Part shown: positions 56,707 to 64,000 of the stretch, piece by piece
Layout of the letters: each line of letters begins with the position of its first letter
Numbering within the stretch: the first letter of the stretch is position 1
NCBI GenBank assembly: GCA_046597055.1
Contig: JBKJLC010000084.1
Location: forward strand, 1-64,000
DNA from: Kofleriaceae bacterium
Lineage (GTDB): Bacteria; Myxococcota_A; Polyangia; Haliangiales; Haliangiaceae
DNA: 64,000 nucleotides
Direction of reading: 5' to 3'
Position numbers and translations under genes: made by a program
Notes under the pieces: model-generated
What the model was told of the DNA's origin: nothing
What the model saw: the letters and a program-made list of their open reading frames with translations, nothing else
Database searches by the model: none

Positions 56707-57744
56707 GTGGCTCAGGTCCCCGCATCGTCGGCCGGCGCGGCGCGCGCGCTCGCCCTGGTCGAGTCGCTCCAGGCCGGCTTCGCCGCCGCGCTCGCGGCCG
56801 AGACCGCGGCGGTCGGCTCGCCCACGCCGTTCGCGCCGGTCGGGTGGCTGCGCGACGACGGCCGGCACGGCGGTGGGGTCCGGCTCGGCGCCGGCGGCAC
56901 CGCGGCGCTCGACCGCGCGTCGATCAACGTGTCGCAGGTCCACTACGATGACGAGCCGGCCCGGGCCCTGAGCTCGGCCACCGCGCTGTCGACGATCATC
57001 CACCCGGCGTCGCCGCACGCGCCCTCGGTGCACATCCACCTCAGCTGGACCGAGCTGCGCGCCGGGCGCGCGTACTGGCGGATGATGGCCGATCTCAACC
57101 CGGCGATCCCCGATGACGCCCAGACCGCGACCTTCGCGGCGGCGCTGCGCGCGGCCGCGCCCGCGCTCGACGCGCAGGCCCATGCCCAGGGCGATCGCTA
57201 CTTCTGGATCCCCGCGCTCGGCCGCCATCGGGGCGTCACCCACTTCTATCTCGAGGATCACGCGACTGGCGAGGCCGCGGCCGACGCGGCGCTGGCCCGG
57301 CGCGTGGGCGAGGCGGCCACCACCACCTACGCGCGGCTGCTGGGCGCGGCGCTGCGCCGGGCCACGCCGGTCACCGCCGACGATCGGGCGCGCCAGCTCG
57401 CGTACCACACGCTGTACCTGTTCCAGGTGCTCACGCTCGATCGCGGCACCACGTCGGGCCTGCTGATCCACGATCAGAACGACGCCGGCATCCTGGGGTC
57501 GTTGCCGTCGCACGTCGACCGCGGGCTGCTCGCGGGGTGGCGCGACCGGCTGGCCGCGCCGCAAGATGCGCTGCTCGACGCGATCGTGGCGGTGCTGCCC
57601 GACGCGCACCCGGCGCCGGTCGGCGAGGCGACCAAGGTCGCGCTGGCAGGAGCGCTGCGCGCGCACTACCGCGCGCACCCCGAGGCGATCGCGCTGCAGG
57701 CCTCGGGCGGCGTCGCGGTGCCCACGGTCGCGAACCACCGCTGA
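56707..57744 (+). CDS. hemF: oxygen-dependent coproporphyrinogen III oxidase, divergent type
   Basis: WLR..GGG, RASINVSQVH, IIHP..PHAPSVH, ADLNP, DRYFWIP, DRGT..GL, SLP. Confidence 0.78.
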   Translation: MAQVPASSAGAARALALVESLQAGFAAALAAETAAVGSPTPFAPVGWLRDDGRHGGGVRLGAGGTAALDRASINVSQVHYDDEPARALSSATALSTIIHPASPHAPSVHIHLSWTELRAGRAYWRMMADLNPAIPDDAQTATFAAALRAAAPALDAQAHAQGDRYFWIPALGRHRGVTHFYLEDHATGEAAADAALARRVGEAATTTYARLLGAALRRATPVTADDRARQLAYHTLYLFQVLTLDRGTTSGLLIHDQNDAGILGSLPSHVDRGLLAGWRDRLAAPQDALLDAIVAVLPDAHPAPVGEATKVALAGALRAHYRAHPEAIALQASGGVAVPTVANHR

Positions 57745-57844
57745 CGCGCGGAGCGCCGTCGGCGAGCCCGCGTGAGGATGCGAGGTCGGCGCGGCCTTGC
57801 CAGGCTGGGCGCGCCGGAGTATCCCGCACGGGGAGGCCGTATCC

Positions 57845-59281
57845 ATGGCGCAGACTGCTCAGCAACGGACGATCGAGACCGTCGAGAACGAGGCCCAGCG
57901 GGTCTTCAAGCTCCAGCGTGAGGCCTACCTCCGCCATCCTTATCCGAGCTACGACGAGCGGCTCGACAACCTGCACAAGCTCGACCGCCTGCTGGTCGAC
58001 AACCGCGCCGCGATCGCCGCGGCGATCAGCGCCGACTTCGGCAATCGCTCGATCGAAGAGTCGATGATGGCCGAGGTCTTCACCTCGGTCGACGGCCTGC
58101 GCGACGTGGCCAAGCACCTCAAGTCGTGGATGGCGCCCGAGAAGCGCGGCATCTCGCTGCTGTTCGCCACCGGCAAGAACCGGGTGATCCCGATGCCCAA
58201 GGGCGTCGTCGGCATCGTGTCACCCTGGAACTATCCGCTGTTCCTCACGATGAGCCCGCTGACCAGCGTGCTGGCCGCGGGCAACCGCGCCATGATCAAG
58301 ATGGCGTCGAATTCGCAGCACCTGTGCCGGCTGCTCGCCGCGAAGGTCCAGGAGGTGTTCGCCGAGGACGTGCTGGCGATCCTCCCCGGCGTGAAGGGGC
58401 AGGACTTCTCGTCGCTGCCCTACGACCACCTGATCTTCACCGGGTCGGCCGACGCCGGCCGCACCGTCATGCGCGCGGCGGCCGAGAACCTCACGCCGGT
58501 GACGCTCGAGCTCGGCGGCAAGTCGCCGACGATCATCGCCGACGACTTCGACGTCGAGGAGGCGGCGGCGCGCATCCTCTACGCCAAGTGCCTCAACGCC
58601 GGGCAGACCTGCCTGGCGCCCGACTACCTGCTCATCCCCGAGTGGAAGCGCGACGCCTTCGTCGCCGCGGCCCGGCGCATCATGCCGACGCGCTACCCCG
58701 ACACCGACTCGCCGCAGTACACGTCGGTCATCGACGACAAGGCGTACCGGCGGCTGCGCGCCACCCTCGACGACGCCCAGCAGAAGGGCGCCGAGCTGGT
58801 GCCGCTCATCCCGTCGGCGACGTTCAACGACGCGCTGCGCAAGATCCCGCCGCACCTGGTCCTCGGCGTCACCGATGACATGAAGGTGATGCAGGACGAG
58901 ATCTTCGGGCCGCTGCTGCCGGTCAAGACCTACCAGACCCTCGACGAGGCGATCGCCTACGTGAACGGGAAGGATCGCCCGCTCGGGCTGTACCTGTTCA
59001 CCAACGACAAGGCGACCGAGCAGCGGGTCCTGTACTCGACGATCTCGGGCGGCGTCACCATCAACAACTGCATGCTGCACGTCGCGCAGCACGACCTGCC
59101 GTTCGGCGGCGTCGGTGCCAGCGGCATGGGCCAGTACCACGCGCGCGAGGGCTTCCTCGAGTTCTCGAAGCTGCGCCCGGTCTTCACTAACCCCCGGCTC
59201 CCGATCCTCGACATGTTCTACCCGCCGTACACGAAGAAGCACCAGAAGGTCCTCGACTTCCTGGTCCGCTTCAAGCGCTGA
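57845..59281 (+). CDS. calB: coniferyl-aldehyde dehydrogenase-like ALDH
   Basis: PWNYP, FTGS, LELGGKSP, NAGQTCLAPDY, EIFGP, PFGGVGASGMG; GGAGG SD. Confidence 0.88.
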   Translation: MAQTAQQRTIETVENEAQRVFKLQREAYLRHPYPSYDERLDNLHKLDRLLVDNRAAIAAAISADFGNRSIEESMMAEVFTSVDGLRDVAKHLKSWMAPEKRGISLLFATGKNRVIPMPKGVVGIVSPWNYPLFLTMSPLTSVLAAGNRAMIKMASNSQHLCRLLAAKVQEVFAEDVLAILPGVKGQDFSSLPYDHLIFTGSADAGRTVMRAAAENLTPVTLELGGKSPTIIADDFDVEEAAARILYAKCLNAGQTCLAPDYLLIPEWKRDAFVAAARRIMPTRYPDTDSPQYTSVIDDKAYRRLRATLDDAQQKGAELVPLIPSATFNDALRKIPPHLVLGVTDDMKVMQDEIFGPLLPVKTYQTLDEAIAYVNGKDRPLGLYLFTNDKATEQRVLYSTISGGVTINNCMLHVAQHDLPFGGVGASGMGQYHAREGFLEFSKLRPVFTNPRLPILDMFYPPYTKKHQKVLDFLVRFKR

Positions 59282-59296
59282 CCGGCGGTCGGGGCC

Positions 59297-61948
59297 TCAC
59301 GGTCCGCGGGTGTCGTCGGACGTCACGGTGACGACGGTCGCGTGTCGGCCCGCGATGCCCGCGGTCGCGTGCAGCCAGGCGACCAGCTCGGCGGCCGAGG
59401 CGGGGCGCGCCGGGCTGCACGCGGCGCGCAGCGCGTCGCGCAGCGCGCTTGCGGTGGCGAAGCGGTCGTCGGGGTCGACCTCGAGCGCGCGGGCGACCAC
59501 CGTCACCAGCGCCGGCGGCGCGCCGGCCGCCAGCACCTCCAGCGCCGCCCGCGGCGAGATGCGGTCGTCGAGCGGCGCCGCGCCCAGGCACTCGAGCAAC
59601 AACACCGCCGTGCTGTAGAGGTCGGAGCGGGCGTCGAGCTCCTGCGCGTGGGCCTGCTCCGGCGACATGTAAAGGGGTGTGCCGCGGACCACGCCGGTCC
59701 GGGTCAGGTCGACCCGGGCGGCGCTGCGCGCGATGCCGAAGTCGACCAGCTTCACCTCGCCGGCGACGCTGACCAGGACGTTGCTCGGCGTGATGTCGCG
59801 GTGCACCACCCGCAGCCAGTGCCCGTGCAGGTCGCACGCGGCGTGCGCGTAGGCGAGCGCGTCGAGCAGCGGGACCACGATCGCGAGGACGATCGGCAGC
59901 GGCATCGGGCCGCCACCGCGCCGCAGCAGCGCGCGCAGCGGCTCGCCATCGACGTACTCCATCGCGATGAAGTAGCCGCTCTGGTGGCGGCCGACCTCGA
60001 TGATCTGCGCGATGCCGGGATGGTGCAGGGCCGCGGCGATCCGGGCCTCGTGCAGGAACATCGCGACGTGCTCTGCGTCCTCGGCGACCCGCGGCAGCGG
60101 GCGCTTGAGCGCGACCCGCCGCTCGAACCCACCGGGCCCGATCTGCCAGGCCAGGTGGACCTCGGCGTTGCCGCCGACGCCGAGGCGGCGCTCGACCCGG
60201 TAGGCTCCGACCGAGCCCTCGCCGTGCTGGCGCTCGAGCGCGGTGCCGATCTGGGCCGCGACCGTGCCGACGAAGCCCTGCTCGGCCTCGTCGTAGCGGA
60301 GCCCCGACCGGCGGACGCCGACGCCGACGAAGCCGCTGACCACGCCGTGCATCCGGACCGGGGCGACCAGCGCGAGGTGGCGCTCGCCGAGCGGGCTCTG
60401 CGCGGCGGCCGGCATCGGGGTTGCCGTGAACGCGCCCAGCCCCCACACCCGGTCGACCCGGATCGCGGCGGCCAGGGGCCCGTCGCGCAGCAGCGGCTCG
60501 CGGTTGGGGCCGGGCGCGCCCCAGCCCTCGTGCCGGTGATAGGCCTCGCCCGTCGACGCCAGCAGCCACAGCTCGAGGTGCTCGGCGTGGAGCACCTGGA
60601 GCGCGCCGTGGGCGGCGGCCAGGGCGGCGGCGCTGTCGCCGGCCGAGACCAGGCGGGCCAGCTCGGACAGGGTGCGGCGCGACTCGACCTGATCGACCTG
60701 CGCCCGCAGGAAGCGGCGATCGAGCCGCCGGCGCAGGGCCCGGTAGATCGGCGCCATCGCGAGCGCGGCGGCCGCGGTGATCGCGATCCGCACCAGCGGC
60801 GACGCCGGCAAGTTGTTCTCGAACGCCAGCGGGACGGCGATCAGGCCGACCACGCAGGCGACCGCGATCGCGCCGATCGCGAGCAGGTAGTTGACCAAGG
60901 CCGCGGTGAGCCGGTCGGCGCCGAGCGCGTTGTAGCGCAGCACGGCGGTGGCCGTCATCGCCGGATAGACCAGCACCGGCACCGCGTTGAGGTGGATCAG
61001 CCACTTCTGGTACGGCACGCCCAGCATCGTGCGGCCCAGGAACAGCAGCAGCGGCAGCCACAGCCCGATCGACATCCCGATCAGCAGCGTGCGGTAGTGC
61101 GACGCGAGCGTGCGGTCGCGGCGCCGGGCGGCGAGCCAGCCATGGAGCAGGACCACGGTCAGGACCGCGCCCACCACCAGCGACCACAGGCTGCCCCACA
61201 GCCAGTGGCTCATCGCCGCCGGCGGCTCCAGCGTGAGGCCGATGACGGTGAGCCCCACCGCCGGCAGGTAACCGAGCGCGATGCCGATCCGGGCCCATCG
61301 CCCGCGGCGCGCGGTCGGCACCTCGAAGGCGAGCAGGTGCAGCCCGAGGCTGCCCGAGAAGGCGAACGAGGCGTGGAGCATGTGGGCCAGGAGCGTGGGC
61401 GCCCGGCTGGCCGCGACCATCGCCAGCAGCATCACCGCGAGGCTGGTGGTGAAGGCGAGGAACAGCCAGCTGACCCGCGCGCCCGGGCGGAGCAGGAAGC
61501 ACAGGGCACCCAGGGCCACGCACAGCGCCCCGGCCAGGACCCGGCCGGCCAGCGCGAACGCGTGCAGGGGCGGCAGCGGCAGGACCCGCACCGGGATGGT
61601 GACCTCGCCGGCACCGCGGCGGACCGTGATCGTGGGCGGGCCCCACAGCGGGGCCTCGGTCAGCAGTGGCCACAGGTAGCCGCCGGGACCGCGCACGCCG
61701 GCGACCGCGACCACCCGATCCCCGGGTGCGACGTCGGGCCAGCGCGCATCGGCGCGCGTGACCCGGGTCCGGTCGAGCTCGAGCCCCGCGGTGTCGATCC
61801 GGCGCGTCGCCAGCGCGAGCGCGACCGAGAACGCGACCAGAACGACCCCGGCGAGCACCAGCGCCAGCGCCACGCCGACCCAGGGCGTGCGCAGCAGCCG
61901 CCGGCTCAGGGAGGCGGTCTCGAGCGTCGACCGTCCAGTGGGTTGCAT
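59297..61948 (-). CDS. membrane receptor Ser/Thr kinase: PDZ-like, multi-TM, GAF-like and kinase domains
   Basis: PGDRVVAVAG..ITVRR PDZ-like segment, about 8-9 TMs, GAF-like region, VALK, HRDITPSN, DFG, YMSPE. Confidence 0.85.
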   Translation of the reverse strand: MQPTGRSTLETASLSRRLLRTPWVGVALALVLAGVVLVAFSVALALATRRIDTAGLELDRTRVTRADARWPDVAPGDRVVAVAGVRGPGGYLWPLLTEAPLWGPPTITVRRGAGEVTIPVRVLPLPPLHAFALAGRVLAGALCVALGALCFLLRPGARVSWLFLAFTTSLAVMLLAMVAASRAPTLLAHMLHASFAFSGSLGLHLLAFEVPTARRGRWARIGIALGYLPAVGLTVIGLTLEPPAAMSHWLWGSLWSLVVGAVLTVVLLHGWLAARRRDRTLASHYRTLLIGMSIGLWLPLLLFLGRTMLGVPYQKWLIHLNAVPVLVYPAMTATAVLRYNALGADRLTAALVNYLLAIGAIAVACVVGLIAVPLAFENNLPASPLVRIAITAAAALAMAPIYRALRRRLDRRFLRAQVDQVESRRTLSELARLVSAGDSAAALAAAHGALQVLHAEHLELWLLASTGEAYHRHEGWGAPGPNREPLLRDGPLAAAIRVDRVWGLGAFTATPMPAAAQSPLGERHLALVAPVRMHGVVSGFVGVGVRRSGLRYDEAEQGFVGTVAAQIGTALERQHGEGSVGAYRVERRLGVGGNAEVHLAWQIGPGGFERRVALKRPLPRVAEDAEHVAMFLHEARIAAALHHPGIAQIIEVGRHQSGYFIAMEYVDGEPLRALLRRGGGPMPLPIVLAIVVPLLDALAYAHAACDLHGHWLRVVHRDITPSNVLVSVAGEVKLVDFGIARSAARVDLTRTGVVRGTPLYMSPEQAHAQELDARSDLYSTAVLLLECLGAAPLDDRISPRAALEVLAAGAPPALVTVVARALEVDPDDRFATASALRDALRAACSPARPASAAELVAWLHATAGIAGRHATVVTVTSDDTRGP

Positions 61949-62082
61949 CGGGGACAGCCGGCCATGTCACCCGGTCGACCCGGTCGCCGCAAGCCGGGCC
62001 TTCTTACAGCTTCCAACGCGCGTGAGCCAAGGTTCTGCGACGCCGGGTCCGCGCCGACGCTCGCACCGAAACCGACGCCGCG

Positions 62083-62514
62083 TCAGCGGCCGGGGATCGG
62101 GGGCGGCTGCCGCAGCTTGCGCAGGTGTTCGCGCAGATCCTCGACCTCGTAGTCGAGCGTGAGGTCGGCGACCGCGACATCGGGCATCCCGAGCGCGCCG
62201 GCCAGCTCGCCGAGGTAGGTGTCCTCGTCGAGATCGATCTCCTCGTCGGCGTCGTGGACCGCGGCGACCAGCTCGACCAGCTTGCGCTTGTCCTGGTCGC
62301 TGTCCGCCGCGAACCGCGCGGCGGTACCGACCAGGTCGAACCGCGTGGGCTCGAACCCGCGCACCCGCGCGTCCACCTCGGGCGGGAGCTCGTCGGCCGC
62401 GAGCAGCCGGGCGAGGAGCTGACGGATCACCCGCTCCTCCTCGCTGCGGAGCTCCTTGTCGGCATGCGCGGCGCCCATCAGCAGGTCGACGATCTCGAGA
62501 ATCCGGTCAGTCAT
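62083..62514 (-). CDS. TerB family protein
   Basis: LLMGAAHADKEL..EE and AVHDADEEIDLDE..L..LA duplicated TerB motifs. Confidence 0.85.
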   Translation of the reverse strand: MTDRILEIVDLLMGAAHADKELRSEEERVIRQLLARLLAADELPPEVDARVRGFEPTRFDLVGTAARFAADSDQDKRKLVELVAAVHDADEEIDLDEDTYLGELAGALGMPDVAVADLTLDYEVEDLREHLRKLRQPPPIPGR

Positions 62515-62813
62515 GATGAACCCCTAGCGTAGAGCATCATGCGGCGAGGAACAGGGCCCTTCAGAAGCGGCCCCGCCAGGGGCACCTGCGCGTGATCTGC
62601 GAGGGCGCGGCCAATCCTCGCGCGGCCAGCGGATGCGAGCCAGCGCAGAAGCGTGCTGGCGCTGGCAACCAGGGATGAGGCTCGGGTCACCGCCACAGGG
62701 TAGGCGCGGCCCCCGCGGTGCTGACCGGGAAAGGCAGGCAACCCGTGGCGCCGGCACGCGTCGCCAGCACATTCTTACCCAGGCACCATCGGCTGCGTGA
62801 TAGACGACGGCCA

Positions 62814-63968
62814 ATGCGGCATAGCTTGGTGGTCGTGATGACGGGCGCGGCGCTCGCTGGCGCGTCCTGCTCGTCCCGTGCGGCGCAGGTCCCCCTCGCC
62901 CCCCCGGTCGAGGCGGCGCCCGACACGGCGGCACTCGACACCTTCTTCGCGACCCAGTTCCCTGCTGACGAACCTGGGGGGGCGGTGCTTGTCGCCAAGC
63001 AGGGCAAGGTCGTCTTCGCACGCGGGTACGGCCTCGCCGACCTGGTCACCCGCGAGCCGGTGACCACGCGAACGCTGTTCAACCTCGGTTCGCTGTCGAA
63101 GACATTCGTTGCGAACGCGCTACTCATCTTGCAGGAGCGCGGCCGGCTCTCGGTCGATGACCCGCTCGCAAAGTACTTCCCCGATTTCAAGCATCCCGAT
63201 CTAGCCCGCAAGATCCAGATCCGACATCTCCTGACCCATACCTCCGGCCTCCCGGACAACCGTGAGGTCGCGGCGAATCGCGAGTTCTATCTCACGGCCA
63301 AGGACGCTGAGAACTGGGCCCCGGTCACCCAGGCCGATGCGCTCGAGTTCGAACCCGGGAGTCGCTTTGCCTACTCCAATCCCGCGTTCGACGCGCTGGC
63401 GCTGATCGTCGAGCAAGTGAGCGGCAAGCCCTGGCAGGTGTTCGTCCGTGACGAAATCTTCCTCCCTGCTGGCATGCCGACCAGCACGATCACCGATGGA
63501 CCTCATCCAGCGACCGGCGTGGCCCACGGCTACTACCGGGCGGGCGATCGATGGCTGGAGCTCGACTACGGCGAAACCCCGACCTTCGCGGCCGCTGGCA
63601 ATGGTGGCGTGTGGAGCTCGGTGGAGGAGCTGGCCCGATACGAGTGGGCGCTCGAGCACGCCACGTTCCTGCGACCGACCACGGTCGCCGATTCACGAGC
63701 CGTCAAGACCTTCGCCGGCTGGACGAGCGACGTGCCGCCGCAGGTCGGCTGGTCGTGGTTCGTCAAGGCTGTCGGCGAGCTCCGGACAGTCGGCCACACA
63801 GGTTCGCAGGGCGGATTTCAGACCAACTACTTCGTCGTCCCCGACAAGGACGTCCTCGTGGTCTTTCTGACCAACTCGCCGCGTGATTTCGACGGGATCA
63901 CGAACGAGCTCCAGCGTTGGCTGACCGCGGCGAACTGGCTCGATGCCGACGCCGTCGGGAAGCAGTGA
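62814..63968 (+). CDS. serine hydrolase, beta-lactamase class C-like lipoprotein
   Basis: GSLSK (SxxK), LLTHTSG, YSN, HTG; lipobox GASC. Confidence 0.92.
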   Translation: MRHSLVVVMTGAALAGASCSSRAAQVPLAPPVEAAPDTAALDTFFATQFPADEPGGAVLVAKQGKVVFARGYGLADLVTREPVTTRTLFNLGSLSKTFVANALLILQERGRLSVDDPLAKYFPDFKHPDLARKIQIRHLLTHTSGLPDNREVAANREFYLTAKDAENWAPVTQADALEFEPGSRFAYSNPAFDALALIVEQVSGKPWQVFVRDEIFLPAGMPTSTITDGPHPATGVAHGYYRAGDRWLELDYGETPTFAAAGNGGVWSSVEELARYEWALEHATFLRPTTVADSRAVKTFAGWTSDVPPQVGWSWFVKAVGELRTVGHTGSQGGFQTNYFVVPDKDVLVVFLTNSPRDFDGITNELQRWLTAANWLDADAVGKQ

Positions 63969-64000
63969 CGATCACCGCTTCTTGTACGTGAACATGATCG

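Noticed and set aside
62083..62514. ter resistance/defence operon
   Set aside because: Lone TerB with no other ter genes nearby.

Overview
A very GC-rich (~70-75% by eye), densely coding 64 kb window. Gene content (three large Ser/Thr kinases, many Cys-rich lipoproteins, DUF4157 effector, Sfp PPTase) suggests a myxobacterium; this is inference only. I call about 50 protein genes and see no tRNA, rRNA or CRISPR array. Content includes housekeeping genes (nudC, yebC, xth, yadGH, def, M32 peptidase, glnA, hemF, aldehyde dehydrogenase), an XPB-like helicase/DUF790 pair, an orphan Afp15-type AAA ATPase, a DUF4157 toxin-lipoprotein pair, a MauG-like diheme enzyme with an unknown partner and a CBM10-repeat/GH134-like hydrolase. 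An ebo-type cluster is split into two convergent halves. The most unusual signal lies between those halves: a DUF222-HNH endonuclease gene flanked by two ~213-bp imperfect inverted repeats (21866-22078, 23644-23856). The repeats fold into the same multi-stem structure with compensatory base changes, each carries a copy of a palindromic site found inside the HNH gene, and a (TCGG)11 tract follows the stop codon. Four lipoprotein genes have sigma54-type motifs 13-15 nt from their start codons. All family calls come from motif recognition by eye, not from database searches.
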